The notes under the pieces are model-generated. The model was not told the origin of the DNA. It was given only the letters and a program-made list of their open reading frames with translations, and did not search any database. This document shows positions 26,795 through 35,120 of a stretch of DNA of 64,000 nt, one piece after another (the stretch's first letter is position 1; every line of letters begins with the position of its first letter). The position numbers and the translations under genes are program-made. The stretch is from an uncultured Bacteroidales bacterium (GTDB lineage Bacteria; Bacteroidota; Bacteroidia; Bacteroidales; WCHB1-69): the NCBI GenBank assembly GCA_937901925.1, contig CALGTS010000045.1:6153-70152 (forward strand), in the 5' to 3' direction.

Positions 26795-27769
26795 TTAGCT
26801 ATTCATCAATTTGTCAATAATATTTTCAATGGTAATGCCCTCCGCTTCTGCTTTGTAGTTTTTGATAATTCTGTGGCGAAGAATGTTGTGTGCAACAGCT
26901 TTAACATCTTCAATGTCAGGAGAATATTTACCGCTAAGAATGGCATGTGTTCGTGCACCAATAATTAGGAATTGAGAAGCACGAGGTCCAGCGCCCCAAG
27001 CCAAGTAGTCGTTTGCCCAAGCATGGGCACCTGCTGTATTCGGACGAGTCATTGTAGCTAAGCGAACAGCAAATTGGTAAACATTGTCGGCAATTGGAAC
27101 TTTCTGCAATAATTTCTGATAGAAAACGATCTCTTCAGATGATAAAACTTGCTTTGGTTCTATCATAGCACCATGAATAGTGGATTTTACCACGTCAACT
27201 TCTTCGTTAAATGTAGGGTAATCTAAATGGATATTGAACATAAAACGGTCTTGTTGCGCTTCTGGTAGAGGATAAGTTCCCTCTTGTTCAATAGGATTTT
27301 GCGTAGCTAATACAAAAAATGGGTCAGGTAGTGCATAGGTAACGCCATTCATACTAACGGAGCGTTCTTGCATCGCTTCTAACAATGCTGATTGCGTTTT
27401 GGGTGGAGTTCTGTTGATCTCATCTGCCAAAACGATGTTGGAAAAGATAGGACCTTTGACAAATTTAAATTTACGACTTTCGTCTAAAATTTCGGTACCC
27501 ATAATGTCAGAAGGCATTAGGTCAGGCGTAAATTGAATACGATTGTACGATAGATTAATAGTTTTTGCTATCGTTGTGATCATCAATGTTTTAGCTAATC
27601 CTGGCACACCAATCAAAAGGGCGTGACTTCGGCTGAACATCGCCATCAAAATGTTTTTTACCACTTCATCTTGTCCGACAATAACTTTGGCGATCTCTTT
27701 TTTTACTTCAGCATATTTTTCTACAAAAGCCTCAATGGCTTCCACGTCATTTTTAAATTCCAAATTCAT
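26795..27769 (-). CDS. MoxR-family AAA+ ATPase
   Basis: Walker A GVPGLAKT, Walker B VLADEINR, and ATQNPIEQEGTYPLPEAQQDRF. The ATG at 27769 is the second codon of the TTG-started track ORF. Confidence 0.9.
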   Translation of the reverse strand: MNLEFKNDVEAIEAFVEKYAEVKKEIAKVIVGQDEVVKNILMAMFSRSHALLIGVPGLAKTLMITTIAKTINLSYNRIQFTPDLMPSDIMGTEILDESRKFKFVKGPIFSNIVLADEINRTPPKTQSALLEAMQERSVSMNGVTYALPDPFFVLATQNPIEQEGTYPLPEAQQDRFMFNIHLDYPTFNEEVDVVKSTIHGAMIEPKQVLSSEEIVFYQKLLQKVPIADNVYQFAVRLATMTRPNTAGAHAWANDYLAWGAGPRASQFLIIGARTHAILSGKYSPDIEDVKAVAHNILRHRIIKNYKAEAEGITIENIIDKLMNS

Positions 27770-27780
27770 CAAATCTCTTT

Positions 27781-29124
27781 TTATTCAGGAATTTGCCACT
27801 CTTTTACAAAGTTGCAATTTCTATATTGTTCATCTATTTTGATACTTGTTATTTTTACTTTCTTCTTAATCCAATTTTGGAGAACTTGCGATTTTTTCTC
27901 CTCTAAAGCAGCATTTTTAATTACGTCGTAATCTTCTACCAAGTTAGCCTTATGTTCTGGAACCTTGATTTTTAGGTAAAGTAAGCGATACGACATTAGA
28001 CCATCTTCAGTTACAAAAGGTACAGCTTCAGAGTATTCGCCAGGAATTAGTTGGTCAAGCGTTGCGCGCGTTGCGGGGTCTAATGATTCTTTATCAAATT
28101 TGAAAGAGTTTGTGTAAGGATTGACAACCCAACCCCCACTATTTTTATTGTCATCGGTAGAGAAGCGCATAGCCGCATCGCTGAATTCCAACTTTTCGCT
28201 ATCAATAATCGTTTTTATGCTATCCAAATAGTCAATTGCTTTAATCTGTTCATCAGTAGAGGGTTTGGGTTGAATCAGAATATGAGAAACGTTGATGGCG
28301 TCTCCGCGGCGTTCGTGCAACATAATAATATGATAACCTGCCTGTGTTTCAACAACTTGCGATATTTCTCCTGTCTTTAGAGAAAATGCTACGGCTTCAA
28401 ATTCGGGATAAAGTACGCCTCTTTCTACAAAACCTAAGTTTCCTCCTTTGCTAGCGCTACCTGGGTCGTCAGAATAAAGGCGAGCCAACATTGAGAATTT
28501 TTCGCCTCGAAGCACGCGCTCGCGATAACCCTCTAAGCGCATTTTTATCTCTTGTCGCTCCGCATCGCTAATGGGAGGAGTTTTTACAATGTGACCAAAT
28601 TCGTATGTCGGTTGAATAACAGGCATACTATCTAAAGGGAATTTACTAATGTAACTTTTTACTTCTGAAGGAGTTATGGAAACATCTTGCGTGAGGTTAG
28701 TCTGCATCTGTTCTACAACCATCTGTTCATACATCATCTCACGCATATCCTTTTTTATCTCATCAATAGTTTTATTGTAATATTTTTCAATCACTTTGGC
28801 ATCGCCACCATAGTGTTGAATAATCATCGACATTCTATAATTTACTTGGTCATCTACTTGTTCCTCAGTAAATTCAACACTGTCAATCTCCGCTTGATGC
28901 ATCATCAATTTGTTATATACCATGTTTTCAAGAACATAACATATCAACTCCTCTTCATTATCAAGATCTACATACTGTGCCTTGTAATCAGAATAAACTT
29001 TTTCTAAATCTGATTGTAGAACGATTTCAGATCCAACAACCGCAATGATTTTGTCAATAGTATTTTGTGAGAATAAACACAAACTATTGATTAATAGAAT
29101 GATAAATAGGAGTTTTTTTTTCAT
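27781..29124 (-). CDS. SurA-like periplasmic peptidyl-prolyl isomerase (parvulin type)
   Basis: Signal peptide MKKKLLFIILLINSLCLFSQ (ATG at 29124), a SurA_N-like helical region and a parvulin core (SDDPGSASKGGNLGFVERG...QAGYHIIML). Confidence 0.8.
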   Translation of the reverse strand: MKKKLLFIILLINSLCLFSQNTIDKIIAVVGSEIVLQSDLEKVYSDYKAQYVDLDNEEELICYVLENMVYNKLMMHQAEIDSVEFTEEQVDDQVNYRMSMIIQHYGGDAKVIEKYYNKTIDEIKKDMREMMYEQMVVEQMQTNLTQDVSITPSEVKSYISKFPLDSMPVIQPTYEFGHIVKTPPISDAERQEIKMRLEGYRERVLRGEKFSMLARLYSDDPGSASKGGNLGFVERGVLYPEFEAVAFSLKTGEISQVVETQAGYHIIMLHERRGDAINVSHILIQPKPSTDEQIKAIDYLDSIKTIIDSEKLEFSDAAMRFSTDDNKNSGGWVVNPYTNSFKFDKESLDPATRATLDQLIPGEYSEAVPFVTEDGLMSYRLLYLKIKVPEHKANLVEDYDVIKNAALEEKKSQVLQNWIKKKVKITSIKIDEQYRNCNFVKEWQIPE

Positions 29125-29187
29125 TGACAATGATAGATTTCAAGAATTTTAAGTTTGCGAAGATACATAAATTAATGAAAAAAATCT

Positions 29188-29622
29188 CTATTGTTCCTCT
29201 TTCTGTGTGGCTGCGATGAAACGTAAAACCTCAGTTTTTTTGTTGAGAAGAATTAAGGTGTCTTTTTCGATTTTGTAGTGAGTGATTCCGTTTCGGATTA
29301 CTTTTCCAAAATGGTCTTCTATTTTCATATCTTGACAATATTTTTTTGTTGCACCTAAATAGTCGAAAGAGATTTTTTTCCTTTTTGCAAAGTAATTGCC
29401 AAAGAATGAGTTACAGCCTAAATTACCATTGAAAGTTCCATCAGATAAAAATTGAATGCAAGGTATTGCTGGAGATTTTGTTACGGTTTCTCCTTCAATA
29501 TGCGTTAATTGCCAATATGTGTTTACTAAAGGTTTGTTGTCGTTGCTTTTTTTACAAGCAATGGTAAAACTTGTTGTTAGAACAAAAATAGCAAGTAGTA
29601 ATAAATAATGTTGTGTTTTCAT
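29188..29622 (-). CDS. META domain (HslJ-like) lipoprotein
   Basis: Lipobox TIAC, then TYWQLTHIEGE...GNLGCNSFFGNY...GATKKYCQD, the META/HslJ pattern. Confidence 0.7.
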   Translation of the reverse strand: MKTQHYLLLLAIFVLTTSFTIACKKSNDNKPLVNTYWQLTHIEGETVTKSPAIPCIQFLSDGTFNGNLGCNSFFGNYFAKRKKISFDYLGATKKYCQDMKIEDHFGKVIRNGITHYKIEKDTLILLNKKTEVLRFIAATQKEEQ

Positions 29623-29658
29623 CTTTTTTTGATTTATATTTGTTTGTGTTTTGTTTTG

Positions 29659-30276
29659 CTATAAAACAGATTTTTCTTCATAATATTGTTCATTAATCTC
29701 TTCTATAAAATTAAGAATATGATCTTTACCATTTTTATTTACTGATGAAGAGATAAACATTGTGGGTAGCTCTTCCCAATTTTGTAGTAATGTTTTTTTA
29801 TAACATTCAACATTTTGTATTGTTTTTTGGTTGGAATTTTTATCTGATTTTGTGAAAATGATGGCAAAAGGAATCATCAACTCTCCCATTTTGTCAATAA
29901 ATTCCAAGTCAATTTTTTGTGGTTCAATACGTGAATCAACAAGGATAAAAACGAGTTGTAGGTTTTCTCTTTTTTGGATATAATCCAATATCATTTTGCT
30001 CCACTTTTCACGCATTGTTTTCGAGGTATGGGCGTAGCCATAGCCTGGTAAATCTACCAAATACCAGCAATTGTCAACAATAAAGTGGTTGATAGTTTGT
30101 GTTTTGCCTGGTTTGGAAGAGGTTTTGGCTAAACTTTTATTGTTGGCTAACATGTTGATAAGGGATGATTTACCAACGTTAGAGCGACCAATAAAAGCAA
30201 ATTCTGGCAAAGTAGGAGAGGGACATTTTTTCCAATCTACTACGCTTTGTAGATATTTTACATTTTTAATCTCCAT
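29659..30276 (-). CDS. engB: ribosome biogenesis GTP-binding protein YsxC/EngB
   Basis: G1 GRSNVGKSSLIN, G3 DLPGYGY and G4 TKSDK. Confidence 0.9.
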   Translation of the reverse strand: MEIKNVKYLQSVVDWKKCPSPTLPEFAFIGRSNVGKSSLINMLANNKSLAKTSSKPGKTQTINHFIVDNCWYLVDLPGYGYAHTSKTMREKWSKMILDYIQKRENLQLVFILVDSRIEPQKIDLEFIDKMGELMIPFAIIFTKSDKNSNQKTIQNVECYKKTLLQNWEELPTMFISSSVNKNGKDHILNFIEEINEQYYEEKSVL

Positions 30277-30278
30277 AA

Positions 30279-31304
30279 CTATTTCTCTAATTTCTTTTGC
30301 GCTCTTCTTTCTTGGCGTATTTCTCTTCTCTCTTGTCTTTGCTCTTTTCTTTCTTGACGTTGCTCTAATCTTTGTTGTCTTTTTTGAGGATCGTAGCTAA
30401 TAATATGGCGTTTTTTCTTCTCTTCGTAGATGTCTGCAATATCAATCAAAATAGCAATCTCTTCAACAGGGCCAAATTCTGGATTTTCCGATGCTCCGAA
30501 ATATTTCATGGTTGCTGATAGCGACATATAGGTTTTAATAAGCGGAGGAATAGAGGTTTTTAGGTTGCGAACGTTGTCATTTAAGGTTTTGAATCTCTCC
30601 TTTAATGTGCCTGTACTCAAGATATTTTTTAAAACATTTTTGTCGATATTAACAGGATTAAAAGGTTTTACAAGATTTTCATCTCCTTGAAAATTGGTTT
30701 GTAGAAAATTGAGAATCATGTTGCGAGCCAATCGGTTATAACTATTGTACATAGTCATTTTGCCGAAGAAATATTTAGCTTGAGGAAAATCGACAGTAAG
30801 AGCGCCCAAACCATCCCACATATTGTCAAGAGAGAACAATCCTAATCGAGGGTTGGTAGTTCCTTGATATTTGGGTTGTACAAAACTACGACCTAATTCA
30901 ATGCACTCTTTCCATTTTCCATGAATAAATTCCTCTGAAAATTGGAAGAGTTTAGAAGTTGGCGTATCAGGGTATCCATTTTTGTTTAGAGGGACATCTT
31001 TTCCAAGAATATATCGGTATGCACTGACAATCTCTTCCTCTTTGTTATTCCAAACGATAAGTTGTCGGAAAGGAGTTTCATCGGTATCGTAATGGTCAAT
31101 ATCCACCTCTTCTCCTGTTCCGCCACCTGCTTGTCGGAAAGTGATTTCGCGCAAGCGTCCAATTTCGCGCATTACATTAGGTGAATCGTGTGCTGTAATG
31201 GAGTAGATTTGATTTGAACACGCATTGGTTGTGCGAACAAATTTATCTTCAGTGAGTTCACTTTTTAAAATCTCTTTATCAATAGGATCAATAATAGGTT
31301 TCAT
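30279..31304 (-). CDS. GNAT-fold amino-acid N-acyltransferase (OlsB/GlsB-like, hemolysin-like family) with a charged C-terminal repeat tail
   Basis: REIGRLREITFRQAGGGTGEE...D.YD...FRQLIVWN..EEEIVSAYRY is the pattern of the lyso-ornithine/glycine-lipid N-acyltransferase family. It lies 7 nt downstream of a PlsC-type acyltransferase gene. Confidence 0.7.
   Translation of the reverse strand: MKPIIDPIDKEILKSELTEDKFVRTTNACSNQIYSITAHDSPNVMREIGRLREITFRQAGGGTGEEVDIDHYDTDETPFRQLIVWNNKEEEIVSAYRYILGKDVPLNKNGYPDTPTSKLFQFSEEFIHGKWKECIELGRSFVQPKYQGTTNPRLGLFSLDNMWDGLGALTVDFPQAKYFFGKMTMYNSYNRLARNMILNFLQTNFQGDENLVKPFNPVNIDKNVLKNILSTGTLKERFKTLNDNVRNLKTSIPPLIKTYMSLSATMKYFGASENPEFGPVEEIAILIDIADIYEEKKKRHIISYDPQKRQQRLEQRQERKEQRQERREIRQERRAQKKLEK
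30303..30365 (-). repeat. three degenerate 21-nt tandem repeats inside the CDS, encoding the heptads EQRQERK / EQRQERR / EIRQERR
   Basis: Plus-strand units are tcttctttcttggcgtatttc, tcttctctcttgtctttgctc and ttttctttcttgacgttgctc. By hand alignment, 15 to 17 of 21 positions are identical between neighbouring units. Confidence 0.8.
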
Positions 31305-31311
31305 TCGTATA

Positions 31312-32115
31312 TTAGTTTGTCAGTGAATATACTTGTTCTTTAAGCCAAGATGCCCATTCTGCATCATTTTGGCTTTGGTCAAAAGTGTTATAGGAAATAG
31401 GGTTTCCAAAAGTAGCCGTAAATGTGTTTCCTTTTTGTTTAAAAATTTCCGCAGGGAGAAACATCATTTCGATATTGAATTTTATCTTTAAACGTTTGCG
31501 CCAGCGAGCTATTCGGTAAAATTTCTCACTATTTTCACCATCAAAAAAAACAGGAATAATGTCGCGCTTTGTCTCTCGCGCTTTTCTAATAATCGTTTTT
31601 TTCCACTCCAAATCTCGCAAAATTCCATTCTCTTTTCGGGAGCAAAGTCCTGCTGGAAAATAGAGAATTAAGTTGTCTGACTCGAATGCTTCGTTAAACT
31701 CTTTCATAGAAGAAACGGAACTTTTTCCCATTTTATTGATAGGAATGAAAATATCCCGCATGGGTTGTAAATATAAAAGAAAATCGTTGACAGGAAATTT
31801 TAAGTCCTTGCGATATTTACCGATAGCCGAGATAAGTGCCACACCATCAATTCCGCCTAATGGATGGTTGGAAACGATGATATATCTGCCCTCTTTGGGA
31901 ATATTTTCTTCATTTTTAACGATGATATTGGCTCCTACGTAATCGATGGTGTTGCGAGCAAAGTTAATGGCTGTGTCTTCGCTATGGTGAGCCAAAAAGT
32001 AGTTGATTTTCTTTAATTCTAAGATTTTTTCAAATTTCTTGATCAGAAAATTGGGAATCCGCTTAGCTAATTTAGCATTTTTTGATTCTATAATTTTGCG
32101 AATATCTATTTGCAT
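31312..32115 (-). CDS. lysophospholipid / lyso-aminolipid O-acyltransferase (PlsC family, OlsA/GlsA-like)
   Basis: HX4D motif in VSNHPLGGIDG and the FPAGLCSR motif. The ATG at 32115 (MQIDIRK) is used because the track start at 32139 is TTG and overlaps the upstream gene. Confidence 0.7.
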   Translation of the reverse strand: MQIDIRKIIESKNAKLAKRIPNFLIKKFEKILELKKINYFLAHHSEDTAINFARNTIDYVGANIIVKNEENIPKEGRYIIVSNHPLGGIDGVALISAIGKYRKDLKFPVNDFLLYLQPMRDIFIPINKMGKSSVSSMKEFNEAFESDNLILYFPAGLCSRKENGILRDLEWKKTIIRKARETKRDIIPVFFDGENSEKFYRIARWRKRLKIKFNIEMMFLPAEIFKQKGNTFTATFGNPISYNTFDQSQNDAEWASWLKEQVYSLTN

Positions 32116-32120
32116 ATATT

Positions 32121-33377
32121 TTAACGACTTGCAATCCAAGATGATGGATTTAGATTAACTTTGTTTTTCCACACTTCAAAGTGGAGTTCGTATGTTGATG
32201 AGCCTGATGTCTTTGCAACAGTTCCAATATTTTGTTTCGATTTTACATTATCGCCTTTCTTTACAGTTACTGTTGCTAGATTTTGATACACAGTAATATA
32301 CTCACCGTGACGAATCATTACTACTTTGCTACCCATCAGGTCAAGAGTTGCTGTAACTACACCGTTAAAAACAGCGCGGACAGGTTCGTTAGCTTCTACC
32401 AAAATGTCGATTCCTTTATTGTCGATAGTTACGGAAGGCACGTCTGGGTGCGGGCGCTTACCATACTCAACAATGGTTCTGCCTTTTGCTACCGGCCAGG
32501 GTAAAAGTCCTTTGTTATTTTGAAAGTTGGTGCTGATTATTTTCTCTTCAGGTGTAAGTAAAATTTCTGTGGAAGTTCCTTTTGAACTGCCTGAACTTTT
32601 GTTGCTTCCGCTTTTGTTGGCATTGCGTTTGGCATTGGCTGCCATAATCTCCTGCTCAATAGCTTTTTTTATCGCTAAATCTAATTCGCGACGCTTTTTC
32701 TCTTTCTTTTTTAATTCATTTGCTAATTGATTCTCTTTCTTTTTCAATTGGTTAGCTGTAGCATTTTTCGCTTTTCTGTCAATTTCTAGCTGTCGAAGTT
32801 CTTTCTCTTTTCCATCTAATAGCACAACTTTCCCTTCTTTGATAGCGGTAAGTTCGTTATTCGATTGTTTAATCTCATTTTGCACTTGCTCAATCTCTTG
32901 TACCTGATCTTTTACTTTGAGCGAAAAGAGTGTGTAATATTTGATGCGTTGGTACATCTGATTGAAGTTTTTTGCAGAGAGGAGAAACGTTAACTTGTCT
33001 GTGGATCTCCGGTTTTTGTATGCCATATAGACAATCCGAGAGTAGTCGGTTTTCATGTACTCTAATTTTTTATCCAACTCCTTAATTGTCTCCTCATTTG
33101 CGTCCATCTCAAGCTCCATCTCGTAAAGTTCGTTGTTGATTTCATAAATCAAATTCTCACGATTGGCAATCTGCTTTCTCAATAATGCCGCTTGTTGAAG
33201 CGTGGCATTTTTGTTTTTTTTGGTTTCGTTCAGAAGTTTTTGCGTTTGGAGAATATCCTGTTCTATCTTTTTCTTGTTGTTTTTTAGTTGTGAACTGCTT
33301 TTCTGTGCCGATGTTACTGAAAAAAGAAAAATTATCAATCCAATACAACCAAGAATTGCATAAACCTTTTGTCTCAT
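32121..33377 (-). CDS. EnvC-like murein hydrolase activator / M23 peptidase with a long coiled coil
   Basis: Signal/TM segment, about 230 aa of coiled coil, a Ser/Gly/Lys linker and a C-terminal LytM/M23 domain (GIDILV...VVMIRHGEYITVYQNL...YELHFEVWKN). Confidence 0.8.
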   Translation of the reverse strand: MRQKVYAILGCIGLIIFLFSVTSAQKSSSQLKNNKKKIEQDILQTQKLLNETKKNKNATLQQAALLRKQIANRENLIYEINNELYEMELEMDANEETIKELDKKLEYMKTDYSRIVYMAYKNRRSTDKLTFLLSAKNFNQMYQRIKYYTLFSLKVKDQVQEIEQVQNEIKQSNNELTAIKEGKVVLLDGKEKELRQLEIDRKAKNATANQLKKKENQLANELKKKEKKRRELDLAIKKAIEQEIMAANAKRNANKSGSNKSSGSSKGTSTEILLTPEEKIISTNFQNNKGLLPWPVAKGRTIVEYGKRPHPDVPSVTIDNKGIDILVEANEPVRAVFNGVVTATLDLMGSKVVMIRHGEYITVYQNLATVTVKKGDNVKSKQNIGTVAKTSGSSTYELHFEVWKNKVNLNPSSWIASR

Positions 33378-33398
33378 AAATTTTATTATTGCAAAATA

Positions 33399-33406
33399 CA
33401 AAAATA
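33399..33406 (-). promoter_or_regulatory. Bacteroidota -7 promoter motif (TAnnTTTG)
   Basis: TATTTTTG on the minus strand, 22 nt upstream of the ATG at 33377. Confidence 0.45.
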
Positions 33407-33482
33407 TAATATTTAGGGATGATAATTTGTGTAAATTTCTCTTTTTGCTAACATCAATTTGTTGATTTTTATCTCTTTATAT

Positions 33483-33521
33483 AAAAAAAGTACCCCTCAT
33501 ATCTTTTGATAGGAGAAGTAC
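33483..33521 (-). terminator. rho-independent terminator after ssb
   Basis: On the minus strand: GTACTTCTCCTATC-aaaa-GATATGAGGGGTAC (11 of 14 pairs) followed by TTTTTTT. Confidence 0.65.
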
Positions 33522-33548
33522 TTCAGATTAAATCTTGCTTCTTCTGTT

Positions 33549-33986
33549 TTAGAATGGAAGATCGTCAGTTTCAAAAGAGGGTTCTTCACTGCTGGGAACC
33601 GCTTCTGTAATCTGTGGCGAATTAATCACCTGGTATTCTGTTGGTTTAGATTCCTCCGATTTGCTGCTCAAAATTTGTAAGTTGTGAGCCTCAATCTCAG
33701 TGATATATTTTTTAATGCCATTGTCTTCCCAACTTCGAGTTCTGAGTTTTCCTTCTAAGTAGATTAATTTCCCTTTGCTGAGATATGCTTCTGCAAATTC
33801 TGCCTTGTTACGCCAACAAACAATGTTGTGCCATTCCGTTTGCTCAATTTTTTTGCCCTCTTTGTCTTTGTAAATTTCTGAGGTCGCCATCGTAAATGTT
33901 GCTCGCTTTGAGCCGTTCTCAAGGGCGCGTACTTCAGGGTCTTTCCCTAATCGGCCCACTAAAATCACTTTGTTAATTCCAGACAT
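33549..33986 (-). CDS. ssb: single-stranded DNA-binding protein
   Basis: The ATG at 33986 gives [22 protein letters not shown] fold, with an acidic tail ending DDLPF. Confidence 0.9.
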   Translation of the reverse strand: MSGINKVILVGRLGKDPEVRALENGSKRATFTMATSEIYKDKEGKKIEQTEWHNIVCWRNKAEFAEAYLSKGKLIYLEGKLRTRSWEDNGIKKYITEIEAHNLQILSSKSEESKPTEYQVINSPQITEAVPSSEEPSFETDDLPF

Positions 33987-34009
33987 AGTAGTAGTTTTTA
34001 AGTTCGCTG

Positions 34010-34017
34010 CAAAAATA
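34010..34017 (-). promoter_or_regulatory. Bacteroidota -7 promoter motif (TAnnTTTG)
   Basis: TATTTTTG on the minus strand, 24 nt upstream of the ATG at 33986. Confidence 0.5.
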
Positions 34018-34071
34018 TAAAAAAAGTTTTGAATTTTCAAATATTTTCTATAAAATATATTTTATTTGTAT

Positions 34072-35109
34072 TTATTTTGTCGGTTTAAATTTCGAGTTGT
34101 TTAGAATATTCTGTGAATCAGTGTTTTTCATCATCTCCTCTAAGGTTGCTTCCGAATTGTTTTGCATATACGCACTCACAATTTTCCAACCAATATATTG
34201 CCCCATTCTTCCAGGACTATTATTTCCAAAAGGATTGGTAAAAGGTGCTTCTTCAGCAAATTGTCGAATTACATTTTCCTCTTTGGAGTACAATAGGTTA
34301 TTTTCAACAATGTATGCCCAAACTTTTCCATAATTTTGTTCTGCCCATTGGAATTTTTCTTCATTATATCCGATAATATTTTCTAAGGGTTCGTTAGGTA
34401 GCATTGTTTGGGTAAAATAGAGTTTTTTTCCTTCGTAAATCACTCTGTCTAAAAGTGTAACTAATGTTTTTTCAGGAAGTTGCTTGTAAACAATAGCTTT
34501 CTTGAAACAATCTACAAGCAGAAATTTTTTATCCATTCTTTCACTGATATAGAGCGGAATGCCACTTTGTTTATAAATTTTATTATCTGCTCCTAGATAC
34601 ATATCTAAATAGATATTCAGGTCGTTTTCGTAAAGAAAAACAGATGGCCATTGTGTGTCTAATCCAGGTACTGAGGTAACTATAGTAGGAATTTTATCAT
34701 TGGGAAATAGAACTAAATAGCGACTATAAGCTTGGGTAAATTGTTGTTTAAAATCGTCTAGATTAGGAAAGGTGTTTTTTACTTCTTTATATAATTCTAA
34801 AACGGTGGGGTCATTAAGATAAGCCATAAATGCTTTTATGGCATTGGGGTTTTGAATTTGATCGGCTGGAAGAAAATTGGGATATGTTTGGGAAAGTTTA
34901 AGAAGTTCATCAACGACATTATTTTTATCGATATTAAATATATCTTCTTCATATCGAAGAATTTGTAAGCTAATTTCTTTCTCTTTTTCTTTTATCTCTT
35001 TTGGGGGAATCTCAATGGTAGAATTTTCTCTTTTTGGGGAAAGAAGTATCAATCCTACAGCAATAATAATGATAATGCAGATAATAATTATTAGATTTCT
35101 TTTTTTCAT
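34072..35109 (-). CDS. gldB: gliding motility lipoprotein GldB
   Basis: The C-terminal region NNSPGRMGQYIGWKIVSAYMQNN...NSKFKPTK closely resembles Flavobacterium johnsoniae GldB as I recall it. The ATG is at 35109; the track start at 35136 is TTG. Confidence 0.75.
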   Translation of the reverse strand: MKKRNLIIIICIIIIIAVGLILLSPKRENSTIEIPPKEIKEKEKEISLQILRYEEDIFNIDKNNVVDELLKLSQTYPNFLPADQIQNPNAIKAFMAYLNDPTVLELYKEVKNTFPNLDDFKQQFTQAYSRYLVLFPNDKIPTIVTSVPGLDTQWPSVFLYENDLNIYLDMYLGADNKIYKQSGIPLYISERMDKKFLLVDCFKKAIVYKQLPEKTLVTLLDRVIYEGKKLYFTQTMLPNEPLENIIGYNEEKFQWAEQNYGKVWAYIVENNLLYSKEENVIRQFAEEAPFTNPFGNNSPGRMGQYIGWKIVSAYMQNNSEATLEEMMKNTDSQNILNNSKFKPTK

Positions 35110-35120
35110 AGGGATAATTT

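Noticed and set aside
30303-30365. Tandem repeats as a possible CRISPR or other noncoding repeat array
   Set aside because: The repeats are 21 nt long, contiguous with no spacers, in frame, and inside a CDS. They encode a heptad peptide repeat. No CRISPR-like repeat-spacer structure was seen anywhere in the window.
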